The notes under the pieces were generated by a model that did not search any database, was not told where the DNA came from, and saw only the letters and a list, made by a program, of their open reading frames with translations. The position numbers were made by a program, and so were the translations under genes. Shown piece after piece: positions 1 through 9,459 of a stretch of 64,000 bases of DNA; the stretch's first letter is position 1, and every line of letters begins with the position of its first letter. The stretch lies in assembly GCA_963665665.1 (NCBI GenBank), contig OY762428.1, positions 3,840,001-3,904,000 of the forward strand. Reading direction: 5' to 3'. Source of the stretch: Candidatus Kapaibacterium sp. (lineage in GTDB: Bacteria > Bacteroidota > Ignavibacteria > Kapaibacteriales > UBA2268).

Positions 1-1029
1 CCTATCTGTTTTAACAAGAGGAATTCCGGGATTGGTAATTTCTACCCTGTTCGAAAATATTTCAACTGTTGTTCCGGTTCCGGTTGCAAAAAAATCCTGA
101 TGAATCAATGCATTAGCAACTAATTCACGCAAAGCAAGTGGTGGAAACATCAGAGTGTTTTTTCTTATTGCATTGCCAATTTGCTCATTGCCGGGAATTA
201 AATCCAATACTATTTCCATTAATCTTTCAAATCCGGAAGCATAGCCATGATTTATAATCTTTTCTTTCCTGGTAGTTAATTTATTGATACCTTCATATTG
301 AATAATTCGAACTTTTTTTCTTTTTAATTTAAAAAAATCATCCAAATTATTTGCGAAAAGAATTGCTCCCAAATTTGTGATATTGTATAGGCCATTATCA
401 TTTTTTTTAATAATATTATCATCCGATAAAGCTTCAATAATTGCCAATGTTCCATCTGGCAGGGCTTTATTCAATAGTTCAAAATATGACGAAAAATCAA
501 TAAATTTTAAAATTTGATCGGCTTCAATATTTTCTTGAGCATAAATCAATTCAAAAGTAGTATTCTCAAAAATTCTCCATAATTCTTTTTCTTTTTCCTG
601 ATAATCCTTTAATTTCTTTTTATATGATCCTACTCGAATATATTCTACCCCTTTAAATTGAACAGGATGATGAGATGCAGCATTAATTTCTAAAAGTACA
701 ATCTTCTTAGCATTATATTCTGTCTGATAAAATTTAAAATTAATATTTGGTCTTAGCAGTCTAAGTAACCAGTTTTCAAGCTCTTCATTGCCAACTTTCA
801 TTTTTTTTGGATTAAAATCAGAACCAACAATATCATGATCCGAATCACTTATACCCCAAATCAAATAGCCATTAACTTTTCCAAGAATAGCGGCAGAATT
901 TGCCAAGGCCGAAATATACTCACCAATTTCATGAGGATTGAAATTATTTTTTTTAAATTCTATCCACTCTGTTTCAGCCGGATATTTTATTATTTCTTCG
1001 ATTAGATTCCGAAGATAATTCTTGATCAT
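1..1029 (-). CDS. AlbA_2/Schlafen-domain + HATPase_c_4 (RecG-C-like) protein, 3' end truncated by the window edge
   Basis: Absent from the ORF track because there is no stop in the window. Translated by hand from ATG 1029: MIKNYLRNLIEEIIKYPAETEWIEFKKN..EYISALANSA..GYLIWGI (AlbA_2 motifs) and later ALRELVANALIHQDF..VEIFSNRVEITNPG (HATPase_c_4 motifs); open to position 1. Confidence 0.85.
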   Translation of the reverse strand, partial: MIKNYLRNLIEEIIKYPAETEWIEFKKNNFNPHEIGEYISALANSAAILGKVNGYLIWGISDSDHDIVGSDFNPKKMKVGNEELENWLLRLLRPNINFKFYQTEYNAKKIVLLEINAASHHPVQFKGVEYIRVGSYKKKLKDYQEKEKELWRIFENTTFELIYAQENIEADQILKFIDFSSYFELLNKALPDGTLAIIEALSDDNIIKKNDNGLYNITNLGAILFANNLDDFFKLKRKKVRIIQYEGINKLTTRKEKIINHGYASGFERLMEIVLDLIPGNEQIGNAIRKNTLMFPPLALRELVANALIHQDFFATGTGTTVEIFSNRVEITNPGIPLVKTDR

Positions 1030-1259
1030 GATATCAAACCCTCAAGTTTTTCATTTCCAAATGTGATTTTTGTTAACAAAGTAAAATTAATATAGCTTTT
1101 CGCTGATAATTTAGCAATAATATTTTTTACTATATTTTTATGATGTTGAAAAAAAATATATTGCCAGCACAAAATTCCTTATTATCTTTGTGATCGTACA
1201 AATTTGGCAGACAAATATTTGAAAAATCAGAAAAAAATTCCGTTGTTGAAAAAAAATGC

Positions 1260-1290
1260 TTTGATTTTAAAAATATCTCCCGTAAATTTG
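1260..1290 (+). promoter_or_regulatory. Bacteroidota-type housekeeping promoter (-33 TTTG, -7 TAnnTTTG)
   Basis: TTTG 1260-1263, 19-nt spacer, TAAATTTG 1283-1290, directly upstream of the ribosomal protein operon. Confidence 0.7.
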
Positions 1291-1327
1291 TTATTCGTAA
1301 TGATTAAACATATATTTTGATTGAGTT

Positions 1328-1504
1328 ATGGCTAAAACACAAACATTCGGCGATAAGCTTAAGAAGAAAAAAGGCGACGACAAGACATGGGTAAAAGTAA
1401 TCTCGTGGTACAACTGTGACAAACGCGGAACTCTCCGCCAGTTAGACCGCCTTGTCGGAGTAAAAGATATAGCAGAAGTTGACAAATTGGAAGTAACTAA
1501 ATAA
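1328..1504 (+). CDS. 58-aa basic small protein, possible ribosomal protein (DUF4295/bL38-like)
   Basis: Below the ORF track cut-off. MAKTQTFGDKLKKKKGDDKTWVKVISWYNCDKRGTLRQLDRLVGVKDIAEVDKLEVTK; first ORF after the promoter, 8 nt before rpmE. Confidence 0.7.
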   Translation: MAKTQTFGDKLKKKKGDDKTWVKVISWYNCDKRGTLRQLDRLVGVKDIAEVDKLEVTK

Positions 1505-1512
1505 GGGATGCT

Positions 1513-1752
1513 ATGAAAAAGGGAATTCATCCGCATTATCATAATGTTGAAATTAAGATGACTGACGGGTCAACCTTCGTAACAAGGTCCTGCTACAAGT
1601 CAGACAAAATGGTGCTTGAAATTGATTCAAAATCACATCCGTTCTTCACTGGTAAGCAGGTACTCGTTGATACCGCAGGTCGCGTTGACAGGTTCAACAA
1701 GCGTTTTGAAAAATCTAAGCAAATTCAGGAATCAAGGAGAGGCGCTAAATGA
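1513..1752 (+). CDS. rpmE: 50S ribosomal protein bL31 (no CxxC zinc ribbon)
   Basis: [33 protein letters not shown]. Confidence 0.97.
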   Translation: MKKGIHPHYHNVEIKMTDGSTFVTRSCYKSDKMVLEIDSKSHPFFTGKQVLVDTAGRVDRFNKRFEKSKQIQESRRGAK

Positions 1753-2015
1753 ACGCTATTCATCCAATGCAGACAGGAACGGCTTTCAGGCCAAACAAAA
1801 GGTCAGGCAAGAAAAAGCCTAACCCACTGAAACATTCAAAAGTAATTGATTATCTTGATCCGAAATTCTTATCAAGATTCACAAACGATCAGGGCAAGAT
1901 TCTTCCCCGCAGGATTACAGGCGTGAACGCTTACCAGCAGAGGCAGATTGCCAGGGCTATCAAATTTGCCCGCCACCTTGCAATTATTCCTTTCGTAGCT
2001 CAGGATATTACTTAA
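1749..2015 (+). CDS. rpsR: 30S ribosomal protein bS18 (Cys-free)
   Basis: [46 protein letters not shown]. Confidence 0.96.
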   Translation: MNAIHPMQTGTAFRPNKRSGKKKPNPLKHSKVIDYLDPKFLSRFTNDQGKILPRRITGVNAYQQRQIARAIKFARHLAIIPFVAQDIT

Positions 2016-2040
2016 TCAATTGCAGGTTAGAATAAATTTC

Positions 2041-2079
2041 GGGGAAGGTTTTAGCACCTTCCCCTGTTTTTGTTTTTTT
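2041..2079 (+). terminator. Rho-independent terminator
   Basis: GGGGAAGGT-loop-ACCTTCCCC followed by T-tracts, after rpsR. Confidence 0.85.
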
Positions 2080-2254
2080 ATAGTACCATTATTTCTGCAG
2101 TTTATTCCAAAGCCATCATTACTGACCCGTGATCGAAAAATCAAAGAAGAAAAGAATAACGGAGGTAAATAAAGTACCGTGTTTATCAACAAATTTTACC
2201 ATATCAATATATCTGAAATATGAAGTATTTTAATGCCTGACCTCCAAAAACCGC

Positions 2255-2432
2255 CCTGCCCATGACTTGTCGGGATCGGAGAGGGCCATTCCAATCCGTT
2301 ATTCTGAGCAACAGAGAAGAGCCCGGCTTTCTTACAAATAATGTATGAAGAATATATCCTTAGCGTCGCTCAGGATGACTATCCGGCCTGCCTTCGTCAA
2401 ATTCAATAGCCAGGTGCTGAAGCACATGCTAT
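2255..2432. repeat. Cluster of degenerate REP-like palindromes
   Basis: GTTATTCTGAGC..GCTCAGGATGAC (2298-2379), a CTTGTCGGGA short palindrome, and AATTCAATAGCCAGGTGCT related to the 8257/10095 repeats. Confidence 0.6.
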
Positions 2433-2862
2433 AATATGTAAATTTCAGAGTTTATCTATGCTATTCTTTGGAATAACAACGTGTCTTTACTAATGCTGTT
2501 ATTTATGAAATTTCACTTTATTTGTCAAAGAAATGGGGGATGTTATTTTATTAGTGAGATTCAAATATCATGAGCGTAGTGAAATGGAAATAGCAAGTTG
2601 AACAATCCCGAAGAAGTCGTTGGGAAAACACACAGCAGCCAGCTGCAAATCCGTTTTAAAAGTTTACTTTGGGGTTTAAATTCGTGATTACAAACTAATA
2701 AATAAATAATCAAGTGGCCTCAATAACTATCTTGGAAAAAAATATAATGTTGCAAAAATGTGGGAATAATAATTATCGTATAGATTGTTGCAAAATATTT
2801 ATCAATCTATAAAATAATCTGTACCCAAATTATATATTGACTTGTTATATCATCAGACGGAT

Positions 2863-3465
2863 ATGAAAAATGATTTAAGAACATATTGCGATATTGAACT
2901 TCAGGAACTGACAGCCTCCGGCCATCAGCTCGGAGATGAAGCATTCAAGATTATTTACGACCGCCATAGCAATTCGATTTTTAATCACTGCATGTATCTG
3001 GCCCCAAAAAATGAAATTGCCGAAGATATCTTTCAACAGACCTGGCAAAAATATTATGAGATTCTTTCAGGTGGGCGGGTAATTGAAAAAGTCGGGGCAT
3101 TTCTTTATACTATTTCGACAAATCTTACCAGAAACCTGGTAAAAAAACGATCACGTGAAATATTACTGAATACAAATGATAATGAGTATATCATTAATAA
3201 TATTGACTATTCATCCTCGGTTGACAACGAAATGGATAAGCAGGAATTATATGAACTGCTGATAAGGGCTATTGACCTGCTCGATGAAAAAGACAGGGAA
3301 GTGATTGTTATGAAAAAGCTTGACGGCCTGAAATACAGGGAAATAGCTGAAATATACGGCCTTAGCCTTGAAGGAGCAAAAAAAAGGGTACTCAGGGCAA
3401 TGGGCAGACTTCTGAATATACTCGAACCGTATCTTGAAGATTTATCAAGGAATTCTGCAAGGTAA
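2863..3465 (+). CDS. ECF RNA polymerase sigma factor
   Basis: AEDIFQQTW region 2 and REVIVMKKLDGLKYREIAEIYGLSLEGAKKRVLRA region 4; ATG 2863 preferred over TTG 2842. Confidence 0.93.
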   Translation: MKNDLRTYCDIELQELTASGHQLGDEAFKIIYDRHSNSIFNHCMYLAPKNEIAEDIFQQTWQKYYEILSGGRVIEKVGAFLYTISTNLTRNLVKKRSREILLNTNDNEYIINNIDYSSSVDNEMDKQELYELLIRAIDLLDEKDREVIVMKKLDGLKYREIAEIYGLSLEGAKKRVLRAMGRLLNILEPYLEDLSRNSAR

Positions 3466-3471
3466 ATAAAT

Positions 3472-4758
3472 ATGAACAGATATAATGATTTAATAGATTT
3501 TGTTGATGGTGAATTAAGCCCGGAGAAAGAATCCGCGCTGATGTTTGAAGTTTCGGAGAACCCCGAGCTTCTGGCAAAATTCAAAAACCTTCTGAAAGTT
3601 GAGAAAACTTTCGCTGATAAAGCTGCAATAAGCAATACTCCACCCGTACTGACAGGTAAGGTATTTGACTCTATCGGCATTAATTCGTCAGCTGCCGGAA
3701 ATATAAGTAGCGGAATATTTGCATCAAAAATGAAAGCATTACTGGCCGGTGCAAAGTCGGGAATTATCGGGCCGGCTATATCTGCTCTGCTTACCGGAAC
3801 AATTTTTGTTTGTCTTATCAATCCCTTATGGTACGGTGATTATGAAAAGAATGTATCCGTATTCGAAAAAAATGTACCTGTTATAAGTTCATATTTAGAT
3901 GAAGATATACTAACCGAAAAAAATCAAAAAATCAATAAGCTGGCTGAAAAATTACATAACTCAGAAGGATTGATTTCCGATTTACAAAATGAAAATAACA
4001 GGCTGAATAATTTATTGGCAAATAACTCGGATGATCACTATGAAAAAGTACATAGTGAAAAAAGCCAATCAACTCCGTCAGCATTTACCAGGAATGAACT
4101 TTTGGGTTACCTTTCCTGTAATGATAATTCCAGGAAGTATTCATCGCTGAACGAAACACTTCCTGCACTTAATAATTCAGGAATTCCTACTTTATCCGTC
4201 TCTCCGACTATTAAAGCCAGAACTTCCGTTCTTCCTGATATTGATATGCTTAATTTGGGGTCTGGCATGCCGGTTCTCGTGGAATTCAGTAAAGAAGAAT
4301 CGAATTACCTGAGTAAGGCTACTATATCTCCGAGCCAAAGAATGCTTTTCAGGGATATGAATGTCAGGGTATTGTACAAATTAGCATCATATCTTGATGT
4401 TGGGGCTGAATACAGAGCTGAGAATTTCTTTTTGAAATATCATGGTTACGAGAATGACGTGCTTTATGATTACGAACAGCAACCGAATTTCCAAACTATA
4501 AGCGCAGTTGTTCGCTCGGGATTGTTTTCCTTTGGCAAAACAGATGTATTTGCTCAATATAGCCTTGGATTTAATAATGTCGGATTCGTTAACCGGCTGA
4601 TGCTGGGAGGAAATTATAAAACCAGCGGCGGATTTGGATTTATAGTTGGCCTGGAATATTCAGACATGAGGTTCACAAGGCAGAATATTGATTTTGACTC
4701 TCAGAAAATCTCACTCAACTATGGTATTCAGTTTGATCTTAGTAAGGATACGAAATAA
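3472..4758 (+). CDS. Anti-sigma factor: N-terminal anti-sigma domain, TM helix, coiled coil, C-terminal outer-membrane beta-barrel
   Basis: LIDFVDGELSPEKE N-terminus, hydrophobic helix ~aa 98-118, amphipathic beta strands ending SLNYGIQFDL; directly after the ECF sigma. Confidence 0.75.
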   Translation: MNRYNDLIDFVDGELSPEKESALMFEVSENPELLAKFKNLLKVEKTFADKAAISNTPPVLTGKVFDSIGINSSAAGNISSGIFASKMKALLAGAKSGIIGPAISALLTGTIFVCLINPLWYGDYEKNVSVFEKNVPVISSYLDEDILTEKNQKINKLAEKLHNSEGLISDLQNENNRLNNLLANNSDDHYEKVHSEKSQSTPSAFTRNELLGYLSCNDNSRKYSSLNETLPALNNSGIPTLSVSPTIKARTSVLPDIDMLNLGSGMPVLVEFSKEESNYLSKATISPSQRMLFRDMNVRVLYKLASYLDVGAEYRAENFFLKYHGYENDVLYDYEQQPNFQTISAVVRSGLFSFGKTDVFAQYSLGFNNVGFVNRLMLGGNYKTSGGFGFIVGLEYSDMRFTRQNIDFDSQKISLNYGIQFDLSKDTK

Positions 4759-5423
4759 TGAGGAATTTCCCTGCCATAATTTTGCTGTCAGTAATGATGA
4801 TTTCCTGTTACGAGGATCCGCTGAACTCAGAATCGAACGTTGTTCGCAAAGCAAGATATATTCAGGATATTGATGATGGTGACCTTGATTTATCTGTGAT
4901 AAAACCCCTGGCATTGGGCAATGAATGGACTTATCATCAATACTGGTTTGATGATGAAGGTAAAGATTTTGAGTCGGAATATACATTGGAAATCACAGAT
5001 ACACTGAATTATCGTGGCTATACATGGTATCTTTGGCTTGAAGGTTTTGAAAAATTAGAAAAAATTTGGCAGCGAAACAGTGAAGAAGGTCTTTTAATAT
5101 ATTTTGATCCTTTGCCGGAAGTGATTGCACTTGAAGCTAAATATCCTGCAAAAGCAGGTGATACCTGGAAATATGACGCATACAACAGGGCCGTTGTAAA
5201 AGTAGATACATTGATAAAAGTTCCTGCCGGTGAATTTCCCTGCATTTATTATCTAAGGGCTTATAAATATTCAGATAGTACTGAATTTATGAATAAAACT
5301 TTTTATTCTCCCGGAATCGGGATGATAAAAACCGAGAACCTGACAAAAGAAAAAGATGACCGAGAATATAAAATAAGCAATGTCCAGGAATTAAAGACAT
5401 TTAATATTCAAATAAACGAATAG
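4758..5423 (+). CDS. Lipoprotein of unknown function
   Basis: Lipobox MMISC; PLALGNEWTY, IKVPAGEFPC and FYSPGIGMIK motifs. Confidence 0.8.
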   Translation: MRNFPAIILLSVMMISCYEDPLNSESNVVRKARYIQDIDDGDLDLSVIKPLALGNEWTYHQYWFDDEGKDFESEYTLEITDTLNYRGYTWYLWLEGFEKLEKIWQRNSEEGLLIYFDPLPEVIALEAKYPAKAGDTWKYDAYNRAVVKVDTLIKVPAGEFPCIYYLRAYKYSDSTEFMNKTFYSPGIGMIKTENLTKEKDDREYKISNVQELKTFNIQINE

Positions 5424-5489
5424 TTTAAATTACTAACTTATAGATACTTATATTTAATATTCCATTCAAAAAAATTTTTTAGGTGTATT

Positions 5490-7793
5490 ATGAAAAACAT
5501 TCTATTAGGGATTGCTATATCCTTTCTGTTTTTAAGTTCTAATGTACTGGCGCAGGAGGTGCTATGGTGGATTTCCGGGATCAGGTTATCAGCTTCTGCT
5601 CCTGTTCACAGGCCCGGCACTGATCTTATTTATATTTTCAAGCAGCAAAGGTCAGGAGGAACCCTCCATGCATTCTGGGAAATCTGGGATTATAAAACGG
5701 GAGAAAAGCAGGGATCAATTCAATCTCCGCAATGGACAGCCAGAAAAGCTGTGATATCAAAGAACGGAAAATATATGGCTGCAACTGAGGCAGGTTATTA
5801 TTCATCCGATATTTATTTTTATGACCTGGAAGCAGGTGAATTTATTGATAAAATTGAAGCAGAGAATGATGGCGAAATGTTTATTTATATCGCTGATTTT
5901 GCGTTTATCGGAAATTCTTCTAATCTTGCAGCTTATGTATATAACTGGCCAAAAATACAAATTTTCAAAGCCCCTGCGGCCTCGGCGGATTATTCACTGG
6001 CCATAGATGAGGGGAAAGTTGACTCTTTCGAATTTTCCGAGGATGCTTCAACGGCTGTAATCCAATATGAAAATAAAAATGTTGACTTTGTGGAAACAGA
6101 AACCGGCATGAAGATTAATTCAATGAATTTTGATTATGAAGGTTATATCTGTGATGTTTCTTCCGATGGAGAAAGGGTTCTTGCTATTGTTACTGACAGT
6201 CTGAACGATAATGACCTTTGCCTGTTCGACTGCCAAAGCGGAGATATTATTGCCAGCTGGGAAAAAGGAATAAGCAGGTCCTTATTATCACCGGACGGAA
6301 AATATATTCTGGCCCAGGAAAACTCATACTCCAGGCTTACGGTATTCAGAACTGATGCACCCGGATTTGAAAGGAATTTTAATAACTTCCTGTTATCAGA
6401 TCAACTTTCTTTCATCGAAGGCAGCAGTGAGATAGTGGCAATCGGAAAAAGAGCAGATATAAATATTCTTAATTATGCTAATGGCGATCTGGTTAATCGG
6501 GTGGGGGAGATTAATGAGAATGTTCAGCTTACCGGAGGAGAGGAAGTGATATTCAGCCCGGACGGAAATTTTCTGGTTTCCGGTACTAACAATGGGATTA
6601 TCAAAGTCTGGATTGCCGAAACCGGCGAACTCTACAAGATGTTTGATTTGTCATCATCGTACATAACCGGTATTGATTTCAAGGATAACGGAAATAAAAT
6701 GGCGGTTACTTCCGCAAAGGGTGATGTATATGTTTTCAATGTTGTTAATAATTTTGAACTGATCCTTGAGCAAACGGATAATTACAGCTATATCGAAGAC
6801 GTGAAATTCCTGCCATCAAAATTTTATGATCTTACTACTCCCTGTTGTGATTTTGAAGAATATTTTTTCTGCTCCTGGCATGGCGGTATATATAACCTGC
6901 CCTGCGGTGGCGGAGATGCCGGCAGAATGGATACTACATGGAAAATGATCCAGACTCTTGATATCTCGCCTGACGGAATGACAATTGTAGCAGGTAGTAA
7001 AGATAAACATGCAAGGGTTTATAAATATAAAGAAAGTATTTTTGGGAACAAACATGAGTTTGATTCTGAATTCAGGGTGTCTTATACAACAAACGAAGGC
7101 CATCTCGGAGTTGTTGAAGTTGATTATTCACCCGATGGCAGCGAAGTGCTGATCGGAACCGGAGGAGACATGGCATTTCGTATTTATGATGCTCAGAATT
7201 TTAATTTGCAAAGAGAATATTACCTTAATACCCAGCCTGCCGGGATATCAACAGGCACGCCGCATTGCTGCCGCTATTTCGATGATGGCAGGAAGTTTCT
7301 TACAGGAGATTTTGCCGGTGGTATCAGGCTATGGGATAAAGAATCAGGCCAGGTTGTATACGCCACTGATATTATGAAACAACACATGGCTGCAAATGGA
7401 TCAGGCACAGACAAAGCTGTTAATAAAATAGCCGTATCCCCCAACGGGCGCTATATAGCTGCTATTGATGATTTCGGGGATGTTGTGGTATTTGATTTCG
7501 AAGATATGCTGACAGATGTTGAAACTAACGATATTGAATTAACAGAAGTTAAAGTTTACCCTCAGCCAAGTTCTGATTTTCTGAATATCAGATTATATTC
7601 TCAAATGAATGTAAACGCTGAGGTTGCAATACATGATAATCTTGGCTGCCTTGTGCAGAAAAGTTCAAAATGGCTTGCGAACGGTACAAATATTATTAGT
7701 CTGAATACTATGGATCTGCCATGTGGCTCTTACATGTATAGTATTCAAACAGGCAACAAAATTTTACAGGGAAAATTTATCGTTTCCAGGTGA
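5490..7793 (+). CDS. WD40 beta-propeller protein with T9SS C-terminal sorting domain
   Basis: Signal peptide; FSPDG..SG..IKVW repeats; VYPQP..LPCGSYMYSIQ..KFIV C-terminal domain. Confidence 0.9.
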   Translation: MKNILLGIAISFLFLSSNVLAQEVLWWISGIRLSASAPVHRPGTDLIYIFKQQRSGGTLHAFWEIWDYKTGEKQGSIQSPQWTARKAVISKNGKYMAATEAGYYSSDIYFYDLEAGEFIDKIEAENDGEMFIYIADFAFIGNSSNLAAYVYNWPKIQIFKAPAASADYSLAIDEGKVDSFEFSEDASTAVIQYENKNVDFVETETGMKINSMNFDYEGYICDVSSDGERVLAIVTDSLNDNDLCLFDCQSGDIIASWEKGISRSLLSPDGKYILAQENSYSRLTVFRTDAPGFERNFNNFLLSDQLSFIEGSSEIVAIGKRADINILNYANGDLVNRVGEINENVQLTGGEEVIFSPDGNFLVSGTNNGIIKVWIAETGELYKMFDLSSSYITGIDFKDNGNKMAVTSAKGDVYVFNVVNNFELILEQTDNYSYIEDVKFLPSKFYDLTTPCCDFEEYFFCSWHGGIYNLPCGGGDAGRMDTTWKMIQTLDISPDGMTIVAGSKDKHARVYKYKESIFGNKHEFDSEFRVSYTTNEGHLGVVEVDYSPDGSEVLIGTGGDMAFRIYDAQNFNLQREYYLNTQPAGISTGTPHCCRYFDDGRKFLTGDFAGGIRLWDKESGQVVYATDIMKQHMAANGSGTDKAVNKIAVSPNGRYIAAIDDFGDVVVFDFEDMLTDVETNDIELTEVKVYPQPSSDFLNIRLYSQMNVNAEVAIHDNLGCLVQKSSKWLANGTNIISLNTMDLPCGSYMYSIQTGNKILQGKFIVSR

Positions 7794-7839
7794 TCAAACC
7801 GAGGCCGGGTTCCAGGATAACTCCCGGCAAAACTCACTC

Positions 7840-7868
7840 AGGGGGAAGATGGAAATCTTCCCTTTTTT
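7840..7868 (+). terminator. Rho-independent terminator
   Basis: GGGGAAGAT-GGAA-ATCTTCCCC followed by TTTTTT. Confidence 0.8.
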
Positions 7869-8037
7869 ATATTTGGAAGGTATCAAAATATTACATTAAA
7901 ATGCTATTTTTCGAAATTTTGAATCTATGTAGATTTTAGTACCCAATGTTTTATTATCCAATTCAGTTTAAGCCTTCATGCCTACCCATCTTGGCGGCGG
8001 ATTCTTTTTCCGATTGAAGTTATTATAGTTGCTGGAT

Positions 8038-8421
8038 GTCATTCTGAGTGCCAGCGAAGAATCCATTCTTATTACACTATCTAACTAAAGAAGATGGATT
8101 CTTCGGTCGCTTCGCTCCGTCAGAATGACGGATGGGAATGTCCCCCGCTGGCGGGGGTGGACTTCCGGAAAAATTCCCCTCGTTGAGGGATGGCGAGCGC
8201 AGCGAGTTCCCGACACGTCGGGACAGGCTGGGGTGGGTTCTTTTTCTTAGCCTCCCTTATCCACGAGCTAAAGCACGTGGCTATTGAATTTGTCGATTAT
8301 AATGCTGGAAGGTCATTCTGAGCACCAGCGAAGAATCCATTCTTTATACACTATCTGCAAACGAAGATGGATTCTTCGGTCGCAAGCTCCGGAAGCCTGC
8401 CCCGACGTGTCGGGGAATGAC
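8038..8421. repeat. Cluster of REP-like palindromic repeats, some nested
   Basis: Two GTCATTCTGAG..GAAGAATCC / GGATTCTTCG..GAATGAC units (8038-8129, 8312-8421), CCCGACACGTCGGG palindromes, CCCCCGCTGGCGGGGG. Confidence 0.85.
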
Positions 8422-8438
8422 AACATAATACATCCTTC

Positions 8439-8900
8439 TCCGGCCCTTACCCCCCGTTCTTCCACCCCAATGAACAGGCCGCCGGCCTTAATTCCCCAAC
8501 CTGTGGTTCCAATGAACCGGATAATTTCCTTAATTCAATGCTGTTTTGAACCAGAATCCTGATGTATGGGCTAATTGCTTGGATTGCAGGGCTTTAAACT
8601 GCCATGGCAGGGGGTATTGAACTACTGTTTGGCCTTAATGTAATGAAATTTCGCCTTACTGATGTCTTATTCTGCTTCATTGATCACTTGTTCCACATTA
8701 CTGATGTCTTGTTCTGCTTCATTGCTCACTTGGTTTGCCTTACTGTTTGCTTGTTCTGCTTCATTGCTCACTTGTTCCGCATTACTGATGTCTTGTCCGG
8801 CTTCATTGCTTGCTTGTTCGGCTTCATTGCTTGCTTGTTCGGCTTCATTGCTTGCTTGTTCGGCTTCATTGCTTGCTTGTTTGGCTTCATTGCTTGCTTG
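8439..8900. repeat. Tandem 21-bp array (22 units, consensus TTCGGCTTCATTGCTTGCTTG)
   Basis: 12 clear units 8649-8900. The outer degenerate units keep the phase: CCAATGAAC at 8467/8509, CCTTAAT at 8486/8528/8633. Confidence 0.9.
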
Positions 8901-9459
8901 TTTGGCATTGAAATCCCGAAGATACAAATGAGAATAGTATATAGATAGAACTGATAATCAAATATATAGGTAAAATTACTAAATATTATACTATTTATAT
9001 TAAATATATAGTATTTATAATAATATATATAATATATCCAAGCCTTGATATAGTTCATCTAACAAAACTTTTTATATAAATCACAAAATATATTATATAT
9101 ATAATTAAATAATTGATATGATTTATTAAATTCATTTTATAAACTATTAAATATCAGTATTAACCTATTAATTAATCAGTATATCTAATTTGTTAGGACA
9201 ATTAAATATATACTTGGATAATTAATATATTTTATAAAAGAAAAAGAAGAAATTATTAGAAATAGTGATTAATGACTTGTTTAAATTATTTATTTGATTA
9301 GTTATATTATTAATATTGTAAATCTATATGATTATTTAATAATCTGATAAAAATATTTACTACAAACACTTAAATATTTACTGATTTTGAGCATATATTT
9401 AATAATCCAATTTTAATAAATAATACAATTAGTTAAATATTCCGGATTCCAACGCTACA

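Noticed and set aside
1291-1542. 83-aa minus-strand ORF from the track
   Set aside because: It overlaps the more plausible + strand 58-aa ORF and rpmE downstream of a clear promoter
2587-2599. GAAATAGCAAGTT resembling the SpCas9 tracr/sgRNA scaffold
   Set aside because: Only 13 nt, with no anti-repeat partner, nexus or cas9; chance match
8257-8265. DnaA box / oriC (TTATCCACG here and at 10095, flanking an AT-rich core)
   Set aside because: Each is an 8/9 match that is part of a palindromic repeat; no box cluster or dnaA/dnaN context, and the element is multicopy
8649-8900. CRISPR array
   Set aside because: Units are contiguous 21-mers with no unique spacers, and there are no cas genes in the window
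8604-9058. Heptad-repeat ORFs in the left 21-bp array (EQASNEA, KPNKQAM, FIACLFG, SLLACSA frames)
   Set aside because: ORFs appear in several frames on both strands because the unit lacks stops; starts and stops differ between the two copies and there is no RBS. Treated as non-coding, though a short coiled-coil peptide is not formally excluded
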